Under the pieces are notes generated by a model. It saw only the letters and a program-made list of their open reading frames with translations. It was not told where the DNA came from and searched no databases. From Pirellula staleyi DSM 6068 (GTDB lineage Bacteria > Planctomycetota > Planctomycetia > Pirellulales > Pirellulaceae): DNA of 32,000 nucleotides. How positions within the stretch are numbered: position 1 is the first letter of the stretch; every line of letters starts with the position of its first letter. Location: positions 1,590,001 through 1,622,000 of the forward strand of contig CP001848.1 in NCBI GenBank assembly GCA_000025185.1. The letters run 5' to 3'. Below, piece by piece: positions 23,691-31,894 of the stretch. A program made the position numbers and the translations under genes.

Positions 23691-26600
23691 ATGCCCATTC
23701 GGCACCTCCTTCGTCTCCTGAACATGGTTCGTAGCGTTTCAGATTCCAAGCGAAAGGAAGCGATCAAGCGGTTTCGTCGCCTGCGACATGAAGCACTTGA
23801 AGTCCGAGCGGTGATGGATGGCGAACTTGCTGAACTGCTGACAAGCGGCTCTCCGTTCACTGCCCCGCAATCGCAACTTGAATACTCATCGACTCCCCCC
23901 CAAGGCTACATGTCCGAGTCCGACAGTTATGGTGCGGAAGGCGAAGGGAGTGGAGGAGGAAGCGGTTCAGGAGGAAGTAGCTCCTCGGGTGCGGCAATCT
24001 GGGTCTCAGTAGACAACTCGCACATCTACGAGCAGGGGAGTCCTTCAACTGCGCTCTTTACGTTTACTCGCGACAATACCGCTGGTGCGATCACCGTCAA
24101 TTTCACACTGGGCGGTAGTGCCACTTCTGGAAGCGATTTCAGTGCAGCCACTCCCCATTCGGTGACAATCCCGAACGGCTCTACCTCAGCCACTTACTCG
24201 ATAAGCTCCATTAACGATTCTGTGGCGAACGAGGGAAATGAAACGGCCAATTTATCGCTGACTCCCCCGAGTGGATATTACGCAATTACATCCTCTGCGT
24301 CGGTCACGATCGTTGACGACGACTTTTATGGATCGGGCGGAGGCAGCGGCGCAGGTAGTGGCAGCGGCGCAGGTAGTGGCAGCGGCGCAGGTAGTGGCAG
24401 TGGTTCAGGCGGTGCCTCCGGCAGTGGTTCAGGCGGTGCCTCCGGCAGTGGTTCAGGCGGTGCCTCCGGCAGTGGTTCAGGCGGTGCCTCCGGCAGTGGT
24501 TCAGGCGGTGCCTCCGGCAGTGGTTCAGGCGGTGCCTCCGGCAGTGGTTCAGGCGGTGCCTCCGGCAGTGGTTCAGGCGGTGCCTCCGGCAGTGGTTCAG
24601 GCGGTCTCATTTGGCTGGATGTTGATTCACTTACCATCCACGAAAGCGGCGGCAACAGCACTGCTGTGTTTACATTTGAACGAGACACCACCGATGGTGA
24701 TGTCACAATCAATTTCACCTTCGGTGGAAGTGCAGCCATCGGTTCTGACTATACCCCTTCGATTGGCTCACCATACTCCGTCACAATCCAAGATGGTCAA
24801 ACAACCGCGACCTTGTCAGTCACAGCGATTGACGACTTGCTGGTAGAAGCCTCTGAAACGGTATCAGTATCCTTCACGACCCCAGAGAACTACACCTCAC
24901 TCAACAGCAGCGAATCAGTTCTCGTCAGTGACGACGACTATGGAACTTCAGGCGGAGGAAGTGGCAGTGGCAGCAGTAGCGGGGCGGGTGGTGCTGAAAC
25001 TACGGTGTCGGTGACTTCATTACATACAAGTGTTGCTGAATCATCCGAAACAAATGTAATATTTACATTTACGAGAACTGGCCCGCTCGACCAATCGCTA
25101 TCTGTCAATTACACACTAGATTTTTCTCAAGCTAATCTTGGCGAAGACTACATTCTCACCGAAGGTACTGTAGGCGAGGTTACCTTTTTAGCCCAAGAAT
25201 CAAGTGCAATAGTTTCATTTTCCATAATCGACGATGTGATTAGTGAATATGACGAATCCATCGATATCGCAATAGAGGAACAGCCTGAGCTATATGAAAT
25301 AGGATCAGATTCATATGCATCCGCTCTGATTGAGGATGACGACGAAATCGATTTCTCCTTTGCAGGAATTCAGGTTGACGAGGGAAGTGGTCGAGTGAGC
25401 ATGTTGATCGAAATTGCGTCACCAACTCAACGTGAGCACCAACTCCAATTATCCGTTATTGGCGGAACCGCGACTTCAGGAAGTGACTACGAGGTCGTAA
25501 CACAAACAAATCAGGTCATTAACATAACTGAAAACACGGTGCTGATTGGTGTCGAAATAAATGTCAAGGACAACACCTCAGACAATCCTGATCGCACAGT
25601 TGATCTCAGGGCTGAGATTGATGGAGTTGTGAGAACAGCAGTTTTGACAATCGTCGACAATGACGACGCCACTTTAACTCTTATGCATGATGACAATGTC
25701 GTATTTGAGGGAGATTATCTGCGGCTGACAGGGCAAGTTTCGTATGCAGGTGTGATGCCTGAATTCGTTGAATTTTACCTTGGCAGCAGTCAGCAAAGTA
25801 TCGGCACGTCTACAGTATCTCAGGATGGCACATTTGAACACTATCTCAGAATCGAAGACGACGAGCCAGACGACCAGCCGAATGGCGTTGGAGTTGACTC
25901 AATTGAAATTAGGGCCGTTGCATCTCTAGGCGGGAACGAAAGCATTGAAAGCACGGTGTCTGCCGAGGTTTCAAACCTTCCTCCAGAGATCGATAATGTT
26001 TTTATTTATAACACGAACGATCTCTCCATACCAATTGACACGATTGGCCAAGATGGTGGCGAGATAACCCTATACCTAGACTTGAAGGATCGCGGTGAAA
26101 TCGACACTCATCTGCTTAACATTGACTGGGGAGACGGGTCGTCTCCCACAATCATCGAAGTCACCGCAGGGGAATACGCCATCCAACATGTATATGCCGC
26201 ACTTCCAGTTGAGCTCGAAGGGCAATCGCATGGCTACGACATTGTTATAACAGCGGTGGACGACGACGGTGGCGAGGGAACGGCAAGCACTTATCTTGTA
26301 GCGAATGCCGGCGACTCGGAAGATGTAGAACTCTGGATCACTGCACCAACTACTGGAAATGTTGCGAGCGAAGTACGCAGAAAATCGGCAGTTTTTACCG
26401 TCCACAGAGATAGCGGCGACGGCCAATTATTGGTTGACTTGGCTCGGTCAAGCTCGGCTACAGCTGACAGACTAGATTATTTTGTATCCGTCTCTGGAAA
26501 TGCCCGCTATGCGCAATCCCCAGACGGAAGACTCTTGGTCACGTTTCCAGATGGAGTAGATACGGTAACTATCACCTTGCTCCCGAGACTCGACAACCTA

Positions 26601-28193
26601 GATGAAGGAACAGAAACAATTGGGTTTGAAATAGCCGCCTTGCGGGGACAGACCTACACCACAAGACAAGGCCAGGAGTCGGTTGAGATCGAGCTTGAGG
26701 ACGGGCATTATGTCGTAACGTTTCTAGAGCCTCCAACAACAACGTACCAAGAAACTCGCGAACGAAACGACGTATTCGGTGAGTCCAATCGCGAAATCAC
26801 AGTAAAGGCTCGCTTGTGGCGAGACCTTTCTGAAAGCTTCTTTTTTCAGACTGTTAGCGTACCGATATCCTATACCGGGAGCTCTGCAACACCGACGGAT
26901 GACTTTATAGCAATGGACTCGATGCTTTTCAGCCCTGCGCGTGAGCCAATTGCTACGCTCAGAATTGGGATAATCGACGATACCATAATTGAAATCGATG
27001 AGGTCATTAACATTGGAATCGGAGCGACAGGCGGATTTACCCAAGAAGCTGGCACTCAATCCTATAGCTACACAATCATTGACGATGACGAAAGAACATT
27101 AAGCGTCTCCCTAGAAACAGACACTCGCACAGAGAATCATATAAATCTGACTGGGCTCCCCTCTGCCGAATTTGGGAAAAACCTCGTCAAAGTCGAAATA
27201 AGCATAGGCGAAATTGCCGCAGAAGATTTTCTTGTGAATGTCTCATTAAAAGGAATCGCAAGTTATGGACAGGACTTCACAATTTCAAGATACAGGATTT
27301 CGCAGCGATGGACAATTCTAGACCCCTTTAACTCCAGTGTTCGCGATGCCAGATCGATAGAAGACTTTCAGTTCTCTGACCACACAGACGTTTTTGTTAA
27401 ATCTGACGGACACGGTCAGCTCAAAATATTTAAGGGAGAGATGAGTGCCATTCTGTGGATTAAAGTGCTTGATGACACTGTTCTTGAGCCCTCTGAGAAT
27501 ATTAAGATATCCGTTACACCCGAAGTAACAGAAGAGTTCGTCAACCATAAAGCAGAGGACACCTTACACCTCCATAGCGATGACGAACTACCACCAAACA
27601 CCGATGGCAATGAATGGGAACTTGTGTTTGAGCCTAGCTCCGTTACGCTTTACCCAACCTACCTGGCCGACGACAATACACCTCAGGAATGGCTTTATGA
27701 AGATGGTGGCTGGTATAGAATCAAACATGTGATCGAAAAAGTGAGGGCGAGCTCCACCCCCATAGTCACTAATTATGGTGAGTCCCTAACCAGCAAAGGC
27801 AGTTGGTCAATGGGGTTCTCGGCTAGTCGGTCGTTTGAATTCAGCATTGGCATAGCCAATGAGATAACAAAAAAGATCGGCCTTCAAGGCTCTTATACAT
27901 TCGGGCAACAGACTTCACAAGAATTTTCAGTTGAGCGAAATTACGATCCTGATGGTGATGATGTAATTGGCGAGAGTGGAGATGATGTTCGCTGGGCTGC
28001 TTACAGGATCGTATCTCAGTCATTTATTTACCGAGATTTTATTCCAGATCCACTTCACGACCGCTTTGCAGGCTATCCCCCATCCGGCGCTGAAGCAACT
28101 CAGGACATTACCTCATCGAGTATGCTTGACAGTTTTTACCGAAAGGACGGAGTCGACGTCCAGGTGTACAAGCAGACGCGATCACAGGATTAA
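23691..28193 (+). CDS. Giant (1500 aa) multi-Calx-beta repeat extracellular protein with a PKD-like module, Gly/Ser linkers and an unassigned C-terminal domain
   Basis: At least 7 modules carry the Calx-beta signature (e.g. FTFTRDNTAGAITVNFTLGGSATSGSDF...SISSINDSVANEGNETANLSL; VIGGTATSGSDYEV). One PKD-like module is present (NIDWGDGSS...VITAVDDDGGEG). There are three Gly/Ser linkers, and the N-terminus is a basic RFRRLRHEALEVRAVM motif. Confidence 0.85.
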   Translation: MPIRHLLRLLNMVRSVSDSKRKEAIKRFRRLRHEALEVRAVMDGELAELLTSGSPFTAPQSQLEYSSTPPQGYMSESDSYGAEGEGSGGGSGSGGSSSSGAAIWVSVDNSHIYEQGSPSTALFTFTRDNTAGAITVNFTLGGSATSGSDFSAATPHSVTIPNGSTSATYSISSINDSVANEGNETANLSLTPPSGYYAITSSASVTIVDDDFYGSGGGSGAGSGSGAGSGSGAGSGSGSGGASGSGSGGASGSGSGGASGSGSGGASGSGSGGASGSGSGGASGSGSGGASGSGSGGASGSGSGGLIWLDVDSLTIHESGGNSTAVFTFERDTTDGDVTINFTFGGSAAIGSDYTPSIGSPYSVTIQDGQTTATLSVTAIDDLLVEASETVSVSFTTPENYTSLNSSESVLVSDDDYGTSGGGSGSGSSSGAGGAETTVSVTSLHTSVAESSETNVIFTFTRTGPLDQSLSVNYTLDFSQANLGEDYILTEGTVGEVTFLAQESSAIVSFSIIDDVISEYDESIDIAIEEQPELYEIGSDSYASALIEDDDEIDFSFAGIQVDEGSGRVSMLIEIASPTQREHQLQLSVIGGTATSGSDYEVVTQTNQVINITENTVLIGVEINVKDNTSDNPDRTVDLRAEIDGVVRTAVLTIVDNDDATLTLMHDDNVVFEGDYLRLTGQVSYAGVMPEFVEFYLGSSQQSIGTSTVSQDGTFEHYLRIEDDEPDDQPNGVGVDSIEIRAVASLGGNESIESTVSAEVSNLPPEIDNVFIYNTNDLSIPIDTIGQDGGEITLYLDLKDRGEIDTHLLNIDWGDGSSPTIIEVTAGEYAIQHVYAALPVELEGQSHGYDIVITAVDDDGGEGTASTYLVANAGDSEDVELWITAPTTGNVASEVRRKSAVFTVHRDSGDGQLLVDLARSSSATADRLDYFVSVSGNARYAQSPDGRLLVTFPDGVDTVTITLLPRLDNLDEGTETIGFEIAALRGQTYTTRQGQESVEIELEDGHYVVTFLEPPTTTYQETRERNDVFGESNREITVKARLWRDLSESFFFQTVSVPISYTGSSATPTDDFIAMDSMLFSPAREPIATLRIGIIDDTIIEIDEVINIGIGATGGFTQEAGTQSYSYTIIDDDERTLSVSLETDTRTENHINLTGLPSAEFGKNLVKVEISIGEIAAEDFLVNVSLKGIASYGQDFTISRYRISQRWTILDPFNSSVRDARSIEDFQFSDHTDVFVKSDGHGQLKIFKGEMSAILWIKVLDDTVLEPSENIKISVTPEVTEEFVNHKAEDTLHLHSDDELPPNTDGNEWELVFEPSSVTLYPTYLADDNTPQEWLYEDGGWYRIKHVIEKVRASSTPIVTNYGESLTSKGSWSMGFSASRSFEFSIGIANEITKKIGLQGSYTFGQQTSQEFSVERNYDPDGDDVIGESGDDVRWAAYRIVSQSFIYRDFIPDPLHDRFAGYPPSGAEATQDITSSSMLDSFYRKDGVDVQVYKQTRSQD
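24342..24605 (+). repeat. Perfect in-frame tandem repeats: 3 x 18 bp followed by 8.75 x 24 bp
   Basis: ggcagcggcgcaggtagt occurs 3 times (24342-24395, encoding GSGAGS). ggcagtggttcaggcggtgcctcc occurs 8 times plus an 18-nt partial unit (24396-24605, encoding GSGSGGAS). I could see no substitutions between units. Confidence 0.95.
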
Positions 28194-28196
28194 CGC

Positions 28197-29000
28197 ATGC
28201 AATATTCTACCCGCTCCTTGTTCAGCGTTTTATCTGTTCTATCTGTACTTTTTTGTTGTTTCCACTACTACTGGACCAAACAGACTCAACAACCGCAAGT
28301 TGACGGTTTCTTCGTTTCTTCACAGATGGCGGATGTTGACCTTTTGATCGATGATGAGCTAATTGCTAGTAGTGATCGACCCTTTGAGTTGTTTGTCAAG
28401 AATAGCGAACTCCTTCGAATTGCAGGGCCCAATGCTAAACTTACGACAGACAATCCAGGTTTCTGGATCAATCGGTATGGAATTTTGTGCAGCAGAGTTG
28501 TTAGGCCAGATGCTAGTAGCCCTGTTATTTGGTTCCGTAATCGAGCCGCAATTGAGACGACCCCAATTGGATTTGGAAATGCAATGTCAATTGAAGGATA
28601 TACAGAAGCCAGACAAGACACAAAGTATGGAGACAGGAGCCGCGCAGTTGTTTGGCACGCTTCAGGGAAAGAGAAGCACTCCACGATTGCAGCCCAGCTT
28701 GACAAAGATCTGCTCTCACTAGAATGTCGTGGCATACCCGGGGGATCTAGGCACGTACAGTATCGTTGCATAGTCACGGTGCGGTACGTTCGGTTTGATG
28801 ATTTCCGCCAGGTACTGTTTGAGGGGGATACAGAGGTAATTGAAGGGAATTGCTGGCTTACGCTTGACATCTCAGAGCTACTGGAGAAGTACCCTGTCAG
28901 TCATGGAGTTGTCGTAGCACATGTCGACATGGCTTTAAAGGAGAAGGGTAGCAACAAGAAGATTATAGAATTAGAATCTCCTATGGTTCGAGTTGAATAG
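28197..29000 (+). CDS. Membrane-anchored hypothetical protein, tightly linked partner of the giant protein
   Basis: 267 aa. The ATG lies 3 nt after the giant gene's TAA. N-terminal hydrophobic anchor LFSVLSVLSVLFCCF. No recognisable family. Confidence 0.55.
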   Translation: MQYSTRSLFSVLSVLSVLFCCFHYYWTKQTQQPQVDGFFVSSQMADVDLLIDDELIASSDRPFELFVKNSELLRIAGPNAKLTTDNPGFWINRYGILCSRVVRPDASSPVIWFRNRAAIETTPIGFGNAMSIEGYTEARQDTKYGDRSRAVVWHASGKEKHSTIAAQLDKDLLSLECRGIPGGSRHVQYRCIVTVRYVRFDDFRQVLFEGDTEVIEGNCWLTLDISELLEKYPVSHGVVVAHVDMALKEKGSNKKIIELESPMVRVE

Positions 29001-29107
29001 CTTGTTGCAACTCAGTTATATCTATCCCAGCTTAAGAGATGTATTCCTTACATACGTTTGCCCTGGACCGAAATTGTGCCGAATTAGTCTTCGAAAGTAG
29101 ACTTTCG

Positions 29108-29842
29108 ATGGATCGAAGGTATGGCTGGATTCTGTCGGATCAGCAGTGGGAGTTGGGTTGTCCCCTGCCACCGAAGCACCAGTCATCAGCAGGTGACGGC
29201 AGGCCGCGAACCGATATTTTTGGTGTTTCGTGGTATTTTGCCCTTGCATAGTGGGCCCGTTTAAAGGACCTTTCCAGGCAATATTCTTCACCAAGTACCT
29301 GCTGGCGACGACTTGCTCGCTGGGAAAATATTGACGGTGTCCGCAAGTTTGTGGCGCACCGTCATCGAGGCCCTCGATAAGCGAGGCCTCTTGGGTTTAG
29401 AGGAACTGCCTCTGTACTGTAGGTTGGGTCCTTCAAAAGCAAGCCGCGAGGGTTGGCAAAACCAAACGTGGAAAAACTGCGATGGCCACGGCGTTGGCAG
29501 ATGGCCAAGGAATTCCTTTGGCTTACTCTGCCTCGATCGCCTCGCCAGCCGAAGTCACACTTGCCGAAAGCATACTTTAGAGGATAACGCGACCAACAGG
29601 TCAAACCCTGCCACTGATTGCCGGTCGGGCCTGCGATTGCGATCCATTGCGTCAGCGTTTGGCCTAGCAAAAGTCTGGGGATTTTAACGCCTCATCGCCG
29701 CAGACGCATCAAGCTTCCCACGAAAGATGGTCGCAAGCTTCGCCGCTACCGCCATCGCTGGAAAAATTAAGCGTGCTTTTGGATTGCGCTTATCCGCCTC
29801 AAAAAGGTTGTGAAATGGGTTCTAGGCAACTACAGTTCGCTA
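29108..29842 (+). pseudogene. Decayed IS5-superfamily transposase relic with multiple frameshifts and stops
   Basis: Fragments lie in three frames: ILSDQQWELGCPLPP...GDGRPRTDIFGVSWY (N-terminus), WRTVIEALDKRGLLGLEE, GKTKRGKTAMATALADGQGIPLAYSASIASPAEVTLAESIL-stop, and TPHRRRRIKLPTKDGRKLRRYRHRWKN-stop. Together they follow the canonical order of DUF4096/DDE_Tnp_1 transposases. Confidence 0.65.
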
Positions 29843-30701
29843 GAGCCAGTTATTGACTTTGTCTGTAGATTTTTGCGAGGAGTATGGTGAGGAAGGCGAG
29901 CCAGTGGAAGTTGGTGAGCGTGACGGTGAGTCTCTCATAATCACGCGCGAGACGGCGGAAGCGACTCAGCCAACCAAACGTGCGCTCAACAACCCAGCGG
30001 CGTGGCAATAGGACAAAACCTCGCTTGCCCTCGGTATGTTTTATAACTTGTAATCTTATCGAGGATGCTTCAGCCTGCTCGGCTGCTGCGGCGCCCGTAT
30101 AGCCTTGATCGACGTATGCTATCTCCACGTTGCTGCCCGTCACCTCTTGCACTCTCTGCGAGAGGATGGCGACCTGGTCTCGGTCTTGCTCATTGGCTGC
30201 AGTGATGTAAACCGCCAGCAGATTTCCCAGTGTATCCACGGCAATATTGGCCTTCGAACTTTTCTTTTTCTTCGCGCCATCATACCCCGCGCGGCCTCCA
30301 CTTTCAGGAGTCGATTGCAGCGTCCGCGCATCCATGATCACCGCGGTTGGCTGTTCGTCACGTCCTTCCAAAAGACGCACCATCAGCCTGAGGTCTTGCG
30401 CAATTTCCTCAAAGACTCCCGCTTCGAACCAGCGTCGCATTTGTTGATAGACGGCCCGCCACGGAGGCATTTCATGCGGCAGGAAGTCCCACTGGATTCC
30501 TGTTTTCACCACGTAGCGCATGGCGTTAAACTGGTCGCGCAGTGAATAGGAACGCTGCGGCGCATCCTCACGCATGAGGCTCAAATAGGGGAGCAGGAAT
30601 TCCCACTCCGCATCCGTTACGTCGCTGGGATACGACTTCCCTGTCGTGTGTTTCATCCCCTAACTACAGCAATTTCAAGCAGATAAGTCAATAACAGGCT
30701 C
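29843..30701 (-). mobile_element. IS5-family insertion sequence, copy 3 (859 bp)
   Basis: Same inverted repeats and length, same orientation as copy 2, CTAG on both flanks. The transposase differs from copy 2 at 2 aa (G133S, T209G). Confidence 0.9.
29850..30656 (-). CDS. IS5-family DDE transposase
   Basis: 268 aa, near-identical to the other two copies. Confidence 0.9.
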   Translation of the reverse strand: MKHTTGKSYPSDVTDAEWEFLLPYLSLMREDAPQRSYSLRDQFNAMRYVVKTGIQWDFLPHEMPPWRAVYQQMRRWFEAGVFEEIAQDLRLMVRLLEGRDEQPTAVIMDARTLQSTPESGGRAGYDGAKKKKSSKANIAVDTLGNLLAVYITAANEQDRDQVAILSQRVQEVTGSNVEIAYVDQGYTGAAAAEQAEASSIRLQVIKHTEGKRGFVLLPRRWVVERTFGWLSRFRRLARDYERLTVTLTNFHWLAFLTILLAKIYRQSQ

Positions 30702-30896
30702 TAGAACAAAACGACGAACCAACGTTGTCTTACCGCTACCTAGGTCACCGACGACAACGATCGGATGCGGGACCACGTCGCGCGCATTTAGCAACTGATC
30801 CAGCGTGTCTAATGCGTCGGGTAATTCACCTTCGTGTTGCAGCTCAAGTGGCGTGCACGGAGTATCGCGGAACACTTGGCGATACTCCCTTTCCAC
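30702..30896 (-). pseudogene. 5' fragment of a P-loop NTPase gene truncated by IS copy 3
   Basis: (GTG)EREYRQVFRDTPCTPLELQHEGELPDALDTLDQLLNARDVVPHPIVVVGDLGSGKTTLVRRFV contains a Walker A motif (GDLGSGKT). The frame runs straight into the IS inverted repeat. The remainder of the gene is not on the other side of the IS. Confidence 0.55.
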
Positions 30897-31219
30897 CGGC
30901 CGGAGATAGTCTCGTATCTCCGCGTGAATTTCTAAAAAGCTGAAATGTTTCGGCTCAAGAGTGTTTCATCGAGTCGCTGCGACACCAATGCACTTTGAAT
31001 CTCTTGTTGCGCGACTTTGCCTTCTGAACTTTGCCACATTCTTTGAAGGGCAGTCTAAACGGCATCCGGCATCGGCTCGATGTTACCGCTTCCGTCAATA
31101 TGTACGTGACAATCATCCAGTTTGGGAAGTAGCATCAAAACGCCCGCTTCATCGAACCATTTATTAAGACGAAGTTGCTCTGCCCTAGCTTCATTGACGG
31201 ATGCAGAGTACAACGCCGG

Positions 31220-31594
31220 CTAGAGACAGCCCTCATCATCTTTGTACTCTTCTGGACTTGCGAATGCTAGGTGCAGACGACGCCCTCTCCCCGTAACCTG
31301 GGTGGCGAGGCGCCAGGTTTCCACAAAATGGTGCCTCCAACAGTGCGCCTTGGAGGTATCCAGCTCAATGTGCACGGCGAACAGCTTGGCACCGATCGAG
31401 GCTTTGAATTCGCGTATGGCTTTCTCGTGGACCAGATGCTGGCACTCGGCCGAGCAGAGTAAGTAGGATTGCTGCTTGCCGTCGGGATCGATGTCCAACC
31501 GCCAGCCGAGGATCGACAGATGCTTGTTCCACTCCAGCACGCTTTGGTCGTTACCGATGCCGAAAATCAAGAATTTGTTTCCTGATTTGGTCAT
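31220..31594 (-). CDS. Hypothetical protein
   Basis: The ORF is open to 31648. ATG31594 (MTKSGNKFLIFGIGND...) lies 1 nt after the TGA of the upstream ORF, suggesting coupling. No recognisable family. Confidence 0.35.
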   Translation of the reverse strand: MTKSGNKFLIFGIGNDQSVLEWNKHLSILGWRLDIDPDGKQQSYLLCSAECQHLVHEKAIREFKASIGAKLFAVHIELDTSKAHCWRHHFVETWRLATQVTGRGRRLHLAFASPEEYKDDEGCL

Positions 31595-31595
31595 C

Positions 31596-31865
31596 TCAAC
31601 TCGACTGGCGTACTTCGTTCCGACACACCGACGTATGTTGGGGCTCACATCCGCAAGATCGCGCTAACCGAGCGACTTCGATGGCGGATGCATCTCGGCC
31701 GAGAGTGGCAACGGGATTTGAACTCGGGAAGTCATAGCAGCAGAAGGACTTCTGGCGAATCACCGTAAATCGGAGTTCTATTTCAAACGTCGGTTGAACT
31801 GGTGAAGGCAGGTCGGTTGGGTGCTCTAACTCCTTGCCTGTCAACGAAAATAGCTCGTCAGCCAT
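31596..31865 (-). CDS. Hypothetical small protein
   Basis: 89-aa ORF directly upstream of the previous one and possibly coupled to it. No family recognised. Confidence 0.3.
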   Translation of the reverse strand: MADELFSLTGKELEHPTDLPSPVQPTFEIELRFTVIRQKSFCCYDFPSSNPVATLGRDASAIEVARLARSCGCEPQHTSVCRNEVRQSS

Positions 31866-31894
31866 GATTGGCAGCGAGCTATTTCAATTTCAAG

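Noticed and set aside
24396-24605. Possible CRISPR array (regular 24-bp direct repeats)
   Set aside because: The units are directly contiguous with no spacers, lie in frame inside a long CDS, and there are no cas genes. It is a coding minisatellite.
24271-24846. Repeat-encoded ORFs in other frames or on the other strand (AVPPAVVQ repeats on +, PEPLPEAP repeats on - at 24326-24739)
   Set aside because: They exist only because the 18/24-bp tandem repeat is open in several frames. The flanking sequence in those frames has no protein-like character, whereas the Gly/Ser frame is continuous with Calx-beta modules on both sides.
19741-30701. Simple one-step composite-transposon insertion
   Set aside because: Joining the left flank (…tattgtcCTAG) to the right flank (CTAGaacaaaacg…) restores neither the integrase-like frame nor the NTPase frame. 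CTAG occurs at every junction, so it cannot serve as a diagnostic target duplication.
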